Below are positions 25,501-38,986 of a stretch of DNA of 64,000 nt, piece after piece. Made by a program: the position numbers and the translations under genes. Numbering within the stretch: position 1 is the stretch's first letter; each line of letters starts with the position of its first letter. Source of the DNA: Bugula neritina (Eukaryota; Animalia; Bryozoa); NCBI GenBank assembly GCA_964035545.1, contig OZ037770.1, positions 4,186,662 to 4,250,661 on the forward strand, written 5' to 3'. The notes beneath the pieces are model-generated. The model did not search any database, was not told the DNA's origin, and saw nothing but the letters and a program-made list of their open reading frames with translations.

Positions 25501-28500
25501 CTCCTGATACTTTCACAAATTTTGTGCCGTGCCTTTGATCCTTAAAGATTATAGCTAAGTTTGATTAAAATGATACTCCTTTTGATCAAATTCAACCATT
25601 GATCACGTGACCATGAACTACGCGGCTTTACAGGCTGATCTACGTTTTAAGTTTAATACTTTGAATTGTGGGTAAAGTGATTTATTATGAATTAGATAAC
25701 ACGAATAGCTAGTTGATGCAGCTGTTTTTGAACAGCTGGATTTTATTATTTACTTTTACTTTTGTTATCCAAACCAGATGGATCACCACTTCGTCCATCT
25801 GATTCAGCTAGCTCATCTTTAATAAAGAGTTCAGTGCTTCCCTACTAAAGTTGTAATTCAAAACAAATCAAATTTGCAAATGGTACTTGAAAACACTAAA
25901 TTGGAACCAGCTGAAAGTTTCACAATACAATTTTTAACAGCTACCCTAATTTTTGTTAGAAAATTACTAAATTCACTGAATCCACTTCCTTAGATAATGA
26001 AGCTAGACTGGTGATTATAGAATACGGCAGAGTTTTGTAGTTATCGACTTGGGGCAGGCCTGTGCAGTGTTGAAAGAGTGGGATTGTAACTTTGCCTGCA
26101 CAGTTCTACTGGAGCTAAAATTAGTTGCTAGAGGATGTAAAGGCAGGGAAATGAAATCGATTTTAAAGCTTTTGATCTTATTTCTGCTGGTTGCAGTTGC
26201 TGGTATTGATTTGTGTGATAACAAATATTTAATATTTCATTGCATTGCTTGTCAAAATAATCCTCCATTCCCAAAGAATCTTCTCTCAAAGTGATTGATT
26301 AACCCGACCCTCTGTAGCTGTGATGTGCATCAGTGAACCTTGGTCTTCACTATATCGTACTCAACCAACATCAGGATCTGCTGCTGAAACATGGCAGTGC
26401 AGTTGTGGAGAATATCTGAAATATAACTGTTAGGTTTACGATGAAGTTTGAACCCAAAATTTGTTAGTAAAATTAATGAACTTTGACTAGTAAAATTTCT
26501 TCATTACTAAAATGTGAAATATGGAGTTTTTCTCGTCTCATGACTTCTTACTGTCAGTGCAGTGTCAGCATCTACTTTAAGCATGTGTTTTCTGGGTCAT
26601 TTTGACGAACAAGTGGCTGTTGCCTTTGAGAAAGCAAGTGAGAAGAATTGTTACATTTGGATATGAAACTGATTCACTTTAGTTGCTAGAATGTTCCCAA
26701 AATTGCTTGAGACTGTGTTCCATTTATATACACAAATTTAGCAGATTTGGTTGTGCTGTATTTCTTATATTAGTGAACTTAGGCCACTGGGTTTAGTTGG
26801 CCCATAGATATGGCCGGACTCACGTTGCTATGACAACCAGCAGTGATAGCAGACGCACTCAGATTTTACTGAAAACCTTGCTTAGAATGAGCTCAGTTGT
26901 AGGTTTCTATTCCCTTCACTTAGTTTCGTATTTCTTTAAAAAAGGTGGAGTGAGTTTGCCACCTTATACAATCACCTACACACCCACGTTATTGCTGAAT
27001 AGATTCACATCTGATTTACAACTTTTTTGATGCTAAGATTTCTAAAGCATTAGTCTCCCACAATAAATCACGTGTTGTCTTTGTAAACCATCTATCTTAC
27101 GCTTGACTATTATCCTTATAACTTAGCCTACTGCCATTGCCATTAGCCCACGCTATGGTTAGGTTACCATCACCACCCGTCCCTGCTTTATGGTGTTCAG
27201 TAGCAAGTATTTGGATGACTTCTTACATTCTTTGACTTTTTTCTCTCTTTGTACTGACTAGAGTTGCTGGTATCACGTCCTACTCTAAGTATGCTCTGAG
27301 TCAGATCAAAGATAGATTTGACTTGGTACTCTACTAACTCTACTAGCTAGTACTAACTCTACTAACTACTCACTATTACTAACCACTAACTAGTACCTAC
27401 TAACTCTACTAACTAGTAGTAACTAACTACCCACTAGTACTAACTCTCTACTAACTAGTACTAACTACTCACTAGTAGTAACTACCTACTCACTAGTACT
27501 AACTAGTACTAACTCTACTAACTATACTCACTTACTAACCACTAACTAGTACTAACTCTACTAACTATACTCACTATTACTAACCACTAACTAGTACCTA
27601 CTAACTCTCTACTAGCTAGTACTAACTACTAACTAGTACTAACTAACTACCCACTAGTACTAACCACTAATTAGTACTAACTAGTACTAACTACTCACTA
27701 GTAGTAACTAACTACTCACCACTACCATCTACTAACTAGTATATTATCCTTTACTGACAACTGCAAGGCATATTTGTATAATAATGCTATAAATCACGAC
27801 CCAATTCTCAGTCTCAAGTCCCTAACTTCTGCAACAGCTACTGAATCTCTGCAAAGTTATATTTAGCATTTTGCTAACTTGAATTTTATTTGCATATATA
27901 ATTGTATTGTAATTCAAAATGATTTTGCTATATTATAATGTTATAATAATATACTGCTCTACAGTGAATAACTATATTATAGTAATACTTTTAGTGTGAT
28001 GAACTAGCTAGGTGCAGTAAACCCAAATGTTTTGTTCAAGTACAGACTGTTGGTTAATATAAGTTTATTTCTGTTGTAGTTCTTCTTGACTGGAGCTGTT
28101 GGCTGCTGCATTCGAACAAGAGGCTGTGCTGTAAGTCAATTTAAGCAGAGTTTTCTCCCTTTTTTCTATTTTGACGTGTGACGGTGTGACGGAATAAAAT
28201 TCGTCCAAGATAATTTATTTATAGTGTTGCTCTGTTTTTCTGGTGGAGAAAAAGCTGAACATAGGTTAATATGGCAGTTTCAGTTGAAAGAACAACTACC
28301 AAGCTTCGACAAAATTGTTGAAAAAAGCATGTTGGTCGGGAAATTTTCAAATAACACCCGATCCCAAACTCCTGATGAATTAAAATGTGTATTTTTAAAT
28401 TAAAACTTGGCATTTTTCATCAATTTTGAGTGAATGTAGTTGAAATGATATGCTCTCAAAGGTAAAGGGTTTTCGGACAGCTCATAAAGGAACACAACTC

Positions 28501-30824
28501 TTAATGCTAAAGAATTGTCATGGTTTTGACCTAGTGTCATCAGTCTTCCATCCAAACTGTCATGCCTAATTGTTATTAGCATTCACAAAGCAAATATTCT
28601 CTCAGCACAGAAAAACAGCTCTACCCTAAAGACTGCTAACCCAATTACGATACCACACATTTTATTACACAGCTAATGTGTTGATGGCTTTCCCCAGGGC
28701 CATTTGCTCACTTTGTACCTTCCTAACCTGCTAATGTATTGTCAGCTATTTTCCACTCAGGGGGCTTTTCTAAACAATATTTTTTATAGTCTTTTTGCAA
28801 AGAACTAGTCAAATGAAAATTACTAGCAAGTTTAAAGCATTGAATGTGAGTGTATCTATGCATAAAGATGCAACTGAAAAATCAATATGAAATTTCACAG
28901 CTCTATGCTAGCATATTTCTTCTCTATTTCATATACTGTCTACAGTGTATGTTATGAATGTTTTATTTAGCTGTTTGAAATCAATAAATCATTCTGTAAA
29001 TTTAGTAAGCTGGTTGTTGCATTCTGATTAAATACTCAATTATTCACAGTAAAACAGTTCAACTTTAGTGCGGCTATAAAAATTCCACTCTTGTTTGGCC
29101 TGTGATCTACTTACGTGTTGCATACTGTGTTGGGTGGACAAGCTACCCTTCCCACTTTATAGGTTCCTTGTATGTTGGACACTTAGGCTATAGTCAGCTC
29201 ACTTGCCGTTTGACCTTCAATCAGTTTTATGTTCTGTAACAATGTGTTGTTAGGACAGCATGAGCTCTCAGTATATACTTTAATCACTCAGTTGCAGTTA
29301 AAATGTAAAAACATGATTTATATCTGATTTGCATGTCTTGGATTTGTCGGTCAATAGATAGTGACAGTTAAATGTGTGGTATGCATTCTAAACTTTCATG
29401 ATACTAGTTTTCAGTATTTTAAGACACAGTAATGAAGTTGTCTTACTTATTATTATTTGATAGTCTGAGTTGTTATGCTTTAGGAAGGAGTTTGGGTGGC
29501 ACTGAATGTCTTGAATGTTATCATCTGGGCTCCAGCCCTCCTACTCATTATGGGGGCTCTGCTAACACTCCTCATTGCCTTCCCCACACTGCTGGTAAGT
29601 TCTTAGACTATACGCTTCAACAGTGTCTTCTTGTATAATATACTGAAATAGTATCTTATTTTTATTTTTAAAGATAAAAGTAGTAAATATCGTTATGTTG
29701 GGACATTCCAAGAGCATTGGAAGCTTTATAATATAAATTATTAGATGCTGGATAAGCTAATATAAATTAGTACATATAATATAATATAAATTATTACATA
29801 TTACATAATATAAATTAGTACATATTATTATGTAATATAAATTGTTACATATTGTATAATATAAATTTTTATATATTATATAATATAAATTAGTATATAC
29901 TGTATATTATAAATTAGAACATATTATATAATATAAATTAGTACTTGTTATATAATTTAAATTACTATATATTATATGATATAAATTAGTACATATTATA
30001 TAATATAAATTAGTAAAATTAGTTAAGTAATATAAATTAGTACATATTATATAATATAAATTAGTACATATTATATAATATAAATTAGTACATGTTATAT
30101 AATATAAATTAGTACAAGTACTATCTGTTATCTCAATTACTGTAGGCAAGCAGCGGAGTTGATCTAGAAGATTTCAGTGATGTCTTCGTACAATACGCCT
30201 GGCTGTACCTCTTCCCCGGGATTGGTGTACTTGTTGGTGTAGTGGAGTTCATCTTGTCTATTGTCAGCTACTCCATCGTCTGCTGCTGCCGGCCCGCCTC
30301 CGTAGATCAGGTGAGTCAGCGTGTGTCAAGGTCATGGCGACTTTGGTGGAATTAGCCAATCAGTAATTAAAAAATGCATCATTTTGATCAATTGTTTTAA
30401 ACTATTAAAGAAAAGATTTTAAAGATAAATTAAGAGCATTTAATTTTAGAAAAGGTCAGTTTAATTTGGTTCATGTTGATTTATTGTACAAAGTGTTACT
30501 AGATGGCAAACTTTAAACAAAAGGATTTAATAAAAATCAGTCCTTGTAATGTTTTTAAATAAACTTGATTATAAACAACTTTTGATGTAACAGCAAATAA
30601 TTGAGGTTATTGGGAGTTTGCTCCTCTCTGCATTGTTGGATTCTCTCGTTACCAGGAGAAGATAACTGACAATTTTATTGTCAAAATATTGAATGTAGGA
30701 ATAAATCAATGCGAATTTCAGAAGGTGCCCTAAAAATGCTTATTTTGCTAAGTAAAATGATCAAAGTTTAGTTAGTATTTATATTATTTTGCAGGGGTAT
30801 GAGTACCAATATGAGATGAAATAG
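19549..30824 (+). CDS. MS4A/CD20-like four-transmembrane protein (~182 aa)
   Basis: Phase-0 exons 19549-19740, 28080-28130, 29484-29594, 30146-30310, 30795-30824 join into an open frame with four hydrophobic helices; CGFW-FFLTGAVG and VVEFILSIVSYSIVCCC resemble MS4A TM2 and TM4; AATAAA at 31329. Confidence 0.75.
20068..21236. mobile_element. hAT-type non-autonomous element with (GTAATT)n subterminal arrays
   Basis: TIR cagggttggggt / accccaaccctg; identical 8-bp flanks ATATATAT at 20060-20067 and 21237-21244. Confidence 0.85.
20337..20975. mobile_element. Long-TIR MITE nested inside the hAT element
   Basis: gggtcattccatgcca / tggtatggaatgaccc, TA on both sides; imperfect inverted arms extend ~200 bp. 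Confidence 0.8.
21909..21997. repeat. 27-bp tandem repeat x3
   Basis: Unit acctaaacagaacggtagtagcgtagg. Confidence 0.9.
27325..27742. repeat. (ACTA/CTA)n degenerate satellite
   Basis: Repeated ctaactagtactaac motifs. Confidence 0.85.
29728..30118. repeat. AT-rich ~24-bp minisatellite (paralog at ~38055-38280)
   Basis: Unit tataatataaattagtacatatta. Confidence 0.85.
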
Positions 30825-32800
30825 ATGGACTTATTTCATTGAAATGGTGAGATAACCTTCCTCATAATAGAACAAGATAAGATGTATATAGTACTGCAGA
30901 TATCACCTTTCATCGCTATGGCAACAAACATACAAACCTGTGTACAACCACTTCATTCCAATCATTTACTGAGATTCTGGAGTAATAACCGACTGAAGTC
31001 ATTTTGAAACAATGTCAATGCAATGAGGTTCTTGTAGCAGTTGACAATCTGTGTGTTATATCCATAGCAAATTGTAAATGTTTTCGGAGTTGTCTCCATA
31101 TTTCTATAATTCAGCGAGTAAACAACTCCCTAAATATAAATAGCTAGGATTTTCACTGTTCATCATGCTATGGGTCGGCCTTACAGAATTTTTCGATGTG
31201 TTGTACCAAGATTTTGTTCATTATTGTATTTTGATACACTTTCATTGATGTTAATATGATAACTAAAATATACTACTTTGTGATGTCATTTCCTTTTACA
31301 AATGTTTATATAACAATTTATTTAAGAGAATAAAGTTAAACAAAATTAAATCTTCTCTCAGCTGTTGCGAAAAAAAATTATTTATAGCAAGCCAAGTATC
31401 ATTCTCATAAAGTATGCATTCGTATTGATAGGGTCACATTCCTTAAAACATTATGGCATAATCAGTTCACCAAAGATGGGGTTGGAGACATTGTGACTAA
31501 ATGCTAGCAGTCAAAATTTGCGATTGAACTATTCTTGTTTGATTCATAGGGCCTGCTGTGTGTTACACAATTTTTAAAACCTTACGCTGCTGCAGCAGCA
31601 TAAAACGATTAGTATAAAGATAATTATAAAATAAGTCTTGGTGTTGTCTGCTCTATATTGTGAATAGTTAGACTAAATTTCCTGATGACAAAATATAATA
31701 ATTATTGTAATAACTATCAACAGTTTAAAGATGAGTTATTGGGAACAGATCACATGCATATAAATGCTATAAATGTTTCACCCTGAAAAGTAGCCATATA
31801 GTGCTTACTGTGTAACTTTTACCTGTAGTGTGAACACCTTCACAGCATGGCCATTGCTACTAGTATAATATGCTGTAATACATGCTGAAAATAACACAAA
31901 ACCTATCAGCTGAAAATTAAGCTACTGTCTATACTTCTGCAACTTTTATTTTTTTAACTTTGAAACAAAATGCTTAGAGGTTACAATTTTTTTTATTATT
32001 ATACACGGAGTCCTGGCTACAACAAGCTTATTATACGGTGTATAGATGCAATACCCAGCTTATAGCCATTTTGCTATACACGCAGTCACGGTTTTGCATG
32101 AAAATATATAGTGAAACTTATTATAGCCAGTATTATATAATATATTATATTATATATTTTTGTATTATATAACTTTTTACCTACATACTGTATAATGTTT
32201 TTAGGTTGCTTATGCTCAAATAATTTCATTTCAATTGATTTGTGCATGATTTCAGATTGCTTGCATGCAGACGGCATTTCCGACCGGCTTTGGCTTTAAC
32301 ACAATAATATACATATAAAACTTAGCCTAATTATAGCTTATAATTTTCATTGCATGCATGCATCTGAGGACAACAAAACCTAATAGATGAGCTAAATAAG
32401 CTGCATGGTTAAAGTTTTTGCAGTTTATATTATACATACAATACAACATATATGTTTGTATATACTAATTTATTGTATTTATTTTGATATATAATTTAAT
32501 ATAATATAGTAAACAATGTGATTGTATATTATTATAAACAATATTATATTGCAAATGCTATATGAATAGAGCATTACATCCTATAGTTATAATGCTATAC
32601 ATTATATCATCATATAATATTATATTATCATATAATATTATATACTTATATCAGTTATTATATAAGTATAAAAAGAAAATACTCCTGGTAGTAAGTATCA
32701 CAACTATAATATAATCGATGATATTGAAAATTAATTGCATTGCATTAATTAATTGAAAATTAATTAATTAATTGCATTAATTGAAATTAACTTGTGTGCA

Positions 32801-33281
32801 TTAGGAGAATTGCCTATTATATGTTTGATGGTGATCAGTTGCAGCTATATGTCTAGTAGAAATGTAGAAATATGTGATGAAAGTTCTTAAAAACTCCATG
32901 GCGTAAAAAACTCCCCTTTTTGATTTGTCATTTGGATTACTTAAACTGCGTAACCAGTATTGACCTGCAATAATGGACCCAAATACCGGTGTTAATGACA
33001 CTAGTATAATACTTAAACAGCTGTGCTGGCGTAATCCTACTGTGGCAATGGATATAAATAATGAATAAACAAAATAAACGATCATTGAAAACTTTGCACG
33101 TCTCTTCTCAAAGTTCTTAATATTATGCAGAAGGTTTCTGATAAGTCCTTGGTCCTTGGTCAGTTGTTGGAACTTGTCAGCTAAATGAATGCTTTCTGTG
33201 GTGACTGTTTCAGAGTGCTTTGAGCTGGTAGTTCCAGAAAAATCCACACTTTTTTCACTCAGATTGTCTGAAGCGTGACCT
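32801..33281 (-). pseudogene. 5'-truncated duplicate of the orphan gene's terminal exon (B-type C-terminus)
   Basis: Near-identical to 40963-41443; homology breaks abruptly at 33281, so it lacks the normal acceptor; reading frame remains open. Confidence 0.7.
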
Positions 33282-33482
33282 CGTCAGCAAAGTCTTCAAT
33301 CAAATCCTAAATTAAATAGTGGCTATAACCATAGTATCTCAATTCAATTACACAGAAACAAATATTATATAATAAATACAACAAATTAAATTTATTATCA
33401 AAGCGCACGTTTGTAAGCTTCACTGCATGTTGGCAAATGCAAGTTTATTGAAACAAACTTGCATGCATTAACTGAAATGCCT

Positions 33483-35628
33483 CTATGTTTGATGGTGCCG
33501 TGTAGAAATCTGTGATGAATTTTCTTGAAAACTCTCTGACGTAAGAACTCCCCCTCTCGATTTGTCATTTGAATTAGTTAAACTTCGCAACAGGTATTCA
33601 CCTGCAATAATCACGGAAATAATGGATACCAACACCAACACTGATGACGTTATTTTAAAATTCAATTGGAGTAGTAGTCCTATACCCACAGCGAAGGCCA
33701 GTAGTCTTATACCTGCAGCGAAGGCCAGTAGTCTTTTACCTGCAGTGAAGGGTAGTAGTCTTATAGCTGCAGCGAAAAGTAGTAATCCTATACCTGCAGT
33801 GAATATAAATGATAAATAAACAAGAGAAACGGTCATTTTAAATTTTTCAGAGTTCATATTATGCAGAAGGTTTCTGATCAGTCCTTGGTCCTTGGTCAGT
33901 TGTTGGAACTTGTCAGCTGAATGAATGCTTTCTGTGGTGACTGCCTGAGAGTGCTTTGAGCTGGTAGTTCCAGAAAAATCCCAACTTTTTTCACTCAGAT
34001 TGTCTGAAGCGTGACCTTGGACAGATTTGGAATCTGCGTTGGAACTCAAATCGAAATCACGTTCTCCTTGAGTGGCTGTATCTCTGAGAATATCTTCATA
34101 TGTCAAAGAGCATCCAATTGGATCAGCACGAATCACTGAACCAGTCAGCACTACAAAATATTATAATTTCAATGGAAAAATCCACGAGATACATTATTTA
34201 TGACTGTTACATGGAACTATGTAGCATGTCATATATTAGATAGTAAAGTCGCCCCTCTGCATATCTCACGAAAAACCTTGATTCGTGACTCACATAAAAA
34301 AATACCAGATTTAAATTCATCCAGTTTAGTTTATATACATGTACATATAACATATAGGCATGTACAGTATAACCACACAGGCTATTAAATAACTTCTGTA
34401 GCCATTTAATCTAAACTTATGAACTTATAAACAATTGTATTTCACTTTTGAATCATTATCAAAACTTCATGATGCATGCACCCCCCCCCCCTCATTTAAA
34501 CAATAGCTAGTTTCTTCAGTAATGGCTGGCTGTTTTACTTACACAAAGTTTAAAAATGGCATAAAAGGATCTTATGCTATGAAATTTCAATGATAAATTT
34601 TAGTCAAAAGCCATGACGTGACAAAGCCCTTCTCGTGACATATGAACTTTCAGGGAAAGGGACCCCTGAGCTACGAAGGAAGCATTGTGCTATATATTGT
34701 AAAGTTGCCTAATAGTGCACTAAAGAACATAACTTCAACACAAACATACACCAACACCCTTGATTAATTAACCTGTAATTGAGCGCAGAAGTGTGCAAAT
34801 ATATTACATAAAATCATTCATTTATACTTTGCCATAATGTAACTTATGGCAAAGTGTGAATGAAGGGTAGTGTCAAATGGCAGAACAATATTACAATTAA
34901 CAAGCAGCTTATAAATTGTAGTTTCATGGCAAATGCCTTTTGATTTTCTAAAGCCCGTTTTGATGAGTGTTGATTTTATTATATATGTGGTATTATTGTT
35001 ATAGTTAGTTTTTATTGTAGCTATAATCAATATAGCATATTCATGCATTGTTTTCAACTGCTCAGTAAATGTCAACATTGACAACCATGCAATTAGCAGC
35101 CAATATATTATTATGAATTAGAATGAAAATTGATTATAAAATCTTTTACTGACTATAAGTCAATCACAAATTCAAATACTCACTCTTGCAATAAAGAGCA
35201 GACTTCTGAGCTTCATTAAATATTGCTCCTGGGTTGTAACTGTCTCTTTCATTACTGCTGCTTGCTCTATGCATGTCCTCAGATGAAAGAATCAGCCTTG
35301 TTTCCACGTCTGTCTGGAAATCTGGCAATATGGCAGATTGTTCAATGTCTTCTGCGTCTCCTTCTGGTGCTAGAGTTGGAACTGCACCTTCTTCAGCTGC
35401 AACTTCTGGCAAGGTTTGTGGGCGTGGCAATATGTTAGTTTGATCATCTCTTTCCAGTTCTGGCGGTGTTTGAGGTTCTGGTGCTGGCTGAAGCTGTACC
35501 GTCACCTCCTCTGGTACAGTCTGTAGTTCAGAGCTGGAACTGTAGTCAGTTGGTAAATTGACTGAACTGACTGAATAAGTAGAGGAATTGTCATCTGGCA
35601 GCTGAGCTGAGTGGTGCACAGTCGTCAT
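33483..35628 (-). CDS. Orphan protein copy A (~370 aa): acidic Ser/Pro/Glu-rich N-terminus, C-terminal TM helices with a 9-aa repeat
   Basis: Exons 35628-35184 and 34150-33483; phase-1 GTGAGT donor and TTTTGTAG acceptor; 1113 nt open frame; structure conserved in copy B; start codon inferred. Confidence 0.7.
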
Positions 35629-35798
35629 GATGGGTATGTTAGTTCTAATCAAATAAAAAGAGGTTTATGGCAGATGCAATGATGAAGATATGTATTACAT
35701 TACAATGCAAAATACGTTTTCTATTAATCCATATTAAGTACAATATATCAACATTATTATTAGCTAGTGAAATTTATTTATATGCACACTCGCGTGGA

Positions 35799-35836
35799 TA
35801 CACACGCACACACACACGCACACACACACGCACACA

Positions 35837-35876
<40 letters not shown>

Positions 35877-35903
35877 CACACGCACGCACAAACACACACA
35901 CAC
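35799..35903. repeat. (CA)n/(CACG)n microsatellite
   Basis: Seen directly. Confidence 0.9.
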
Positions 35904-38307
35904 AAACTAGTAATAAATGAAAAAACCCACTGCTGTACCTCAAGTTCTCCGCTGGTTGTTAAACTGTCGACTGCATGCTCAGGTTATATTACTTTAATAA
36001 TAACCAATTAAAACTTTCTTAACTTAATACAGTGTTAGTTTTTATAACATTAAACTCAAAACGTTCACTAAGCAAGTTGCTTAGATGGGCTGTTGATATA
36101 ATAATTCTAAAGAAAGATAACTAGTGAGTTGTACACATCTCATTGGCTACCCAAATTGCAACGTCACTTTTAGCCAACCCCCCAAAAAACAGGAGTGCAT
36201 TACTCTCTGAGAATTGTTTTTTTGCTTTTGTAATTCTCAAACATTTGCCGAGGTGCATGTGTTGAAATGTAATGTCTCTCTATTATACAACTTTTATAAA
36301 ATGCTGAAATTTTAACTGCAAACCTAATGAAATATAGTTGCAAGAATCATTGATTCGTTTTTCAGAATTTCGAAATTAAATATTTGAAAATTACAAGTGC
36401 AAATTATTTATATTTGCAAATATATCGATTTAAGAATTTTACCAAAGTAACAGTACACAGCTGCGTATAAAGTATTTTGTGGCATTTTTATTGACAGAAT
36501 GATGAAAGGGTTGTTTTTTTTAGCAGTTGACATTACAGCAAGAGCTAAATTTAGCAAAGGACTCTCATTGGCTGTAGATGGATATCAAATCTTTGATACT
36601 TGTATTTGGTTAGCTATTATATATAGTTCAAAATAAAATATAACATTATAATATAATATTACCCTTGGAAAATTTATCAAAAGTTGTATTGTATAAGCAT
36701 CATTATAAATAAAAGATTTTTGTCTTCTATTAATGGACAAGGCCAGGTTATGGCAACATACTTACGGCAGCCGATAGTTTGATTGAAAATGAGGCACTAT
36801 GTATCACCACTACTGCTGATATATTGAAAGAGGTGAGCGCTAAGTTTTCTTTATGCTCTATTTTGAAATATGATCAAGTAACCTCTAGTGTTTAATGGTA
36901 TATACCTATGTAATAATATCTGTTTTATATAGTTACTGCATTGGAGACTTGTAAGATGGCTATGCTTTCTCAAATAAGAAATTAATCCCTAATGCAATAT
37001 GGTTGACATGGCTTACCCAACAGCAGTGCATGTGATATTTTGCAACAAATTGTTTTTGTAGAAGTGGCTTTTTTAAGGATCCACCTTACTGCACCTGGCC
37101 AGAAAAATTGTTTGCGCCTTGTAGCAGTCGCTTTACCAATTGCAAAAAAAATTAATTATATAAAGTTCAGAAAAAAGAATTAGAGAAAATTTACTACATG
37201 ATGATGACTTTTATACAGCAATGAAAAAACTTTTCTTGGAACCACCCAAGGTTAGCTGACTCATGGAATTGCATTTGCTCAAGGTCATATGACTTCTTTT
37301 AAAAAAGCGCACACAAACTTTATTGTTTAATAATTTTCTGTGGAATGTTTCTACAGTACTAACATTTCTAAAGAGTTCGATTTTCATAGAATAGCACTCA
37401 TTGTGTTTGTGAACCAAACGTAATATAGGCTTGATGTTTATCTAAATAGTTACAGCCTTAAGCCATTTTAGTATAGGTCAAACTACGGTTAGGCTACCAG
37501 CCTTATTGTGTTTAGCTATATAAACTTGTATTAAATGGGCGACTTTTTGCAAATTTCTTGCATTTCTTTTGCCGTTAATATGTTAACTATTCCCCCCCCC
37601 CAGTGTGTTTTGTAATTAAGGATAAAAGTAGTAAATATTATCTCTATGTTGGAACAGATCAAGAGCATTGAAAGCTTTACTACATTATGTTAATATGTAA
37701 ACAACAAGCACACATCATTACAGCTTTAATTAGAATTTTATAGCTATGTTTGCTATTCTATGCTTTTCTGTAGTTAGTATGACACAGCTTATGTATACAG
37801 CTATTTTTGCTACCACAGAAAGCTAGTTTTCAGACAATTATATGTATTATAATCCAGCACTATTTGTCTTCCATTCAATTGAGTCTTCAAGGTGATGAAT
37901 ATACCAATATATCTATTCAAACACAAAAAACAAACTCATGCAAGTTTATAGTCACTATATCTCTTTGAGAAATCCCTGATGGAAAGGCTTTCATTTAAAG
38001 TGGGCTGAGGACTTATTCAGATGTGGCACAGGATCAACCATACAACCATTTCTGTTATAATTAGTACATATTATATAATATAAGCTGGTACATATTGTAT
38101 AATATAAGCTAGTACATGTTATATAATATAAATATTATATAAATTAGCAGATATTATATAATATAAATTTATATTAACATATAATATAGTATAAATTATC
38201 ACATATTGTATAATATGAACTAGAACATATTATAAAATATAATTTAGTACATATTATAATATAATATAAATTAGTACAAGTACCATCTGATATCTGGATT
38301 ACTGTAG

Positions 38308-38986
38308 GCAAGTAGTGGAGCTGATCTAAAAGATTTCAGTGGTATCTTCACACAATACGCCTGGCTGTACCTCTTCCCCGGGATTGGTGTACTTGTCGGT
38401 GTAGTGGAGTTCATCTTGTCTATTGTCAGCTACTCCATCGTCTGCTGCTGCCGGCCCGCCTCCGTAGATCAGGTGAGTCAGCGTGTGTCAAGGTCATGGC
38501 TACTTAGGTGGAATTAGCCAATCAGTAATTAGAAAATGCATCATTTTGATCAATTGTTTTAAACTATTAAGGAAAATATTTTAAAGATAAATTAAGAGCA
38601 TTTAATTTTAGAAAAGGTCAGTTTAATTTGGTTTATGTTGATTTATTGTACAAAGTTTTACTAGATGGCAAACTTTAAACAAAAGGATTTAATAAAAATC
38701 AGTCCTTGTAATGTTTTTAAATAAACTTGATTATAAACAACTTTTGATGTAACAGCAAATAATTGAGGTTATTGGGAGTTTGCTCCTCTCTGCATTGTTG
38801 GATTCTCTCGTTACCAGGAGAAGATAACTGACAATTTTATTGTCAAAATATTGAATGTAGGAATAAATCAATGCGAATTTCAGAAGGTGCCCTAAAAATG
38901 CTTATTTTGCTAAGTAAAATGATCAAAGTTTAGTTAGTATTTATATTATTTTGCAGGGGTATGAGTACCAATATGAGATGAAATAG
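38308..38986 (+). pseudogene. Duplicated last two exons of the MS4A-like gene (partial copy or alternative 3' end)
   Basis: Exons 38308-38472 and 38957-38986 with intact splice sites, stop codon and 3' UTR; I found no copies of exons 1-3 upstream in copy B. Confidence 0.75.

Noticed and set aside
32086-32277. 63-aa ORF conserved in both duplicates (40248-40439), and similar pairs at 34818/42198
   Set aside because: Conservation simply reflects recent duplication; no splice or homology support
33562-33819. Plus-strand ORFs antisense to the orphan genes, MFS and GPCR (also 35223-35438, 42510-42893, and 60137-60505 on minus)
   Set aside because: Shadow frames of real coding exons
36520-37110. 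Exon-like fragments on the + strand between the duplicated blocks
   Set aside because: Short open stretches with splice-like sites, but interrupted by stops and with no recognisable homology; cannot support a gene
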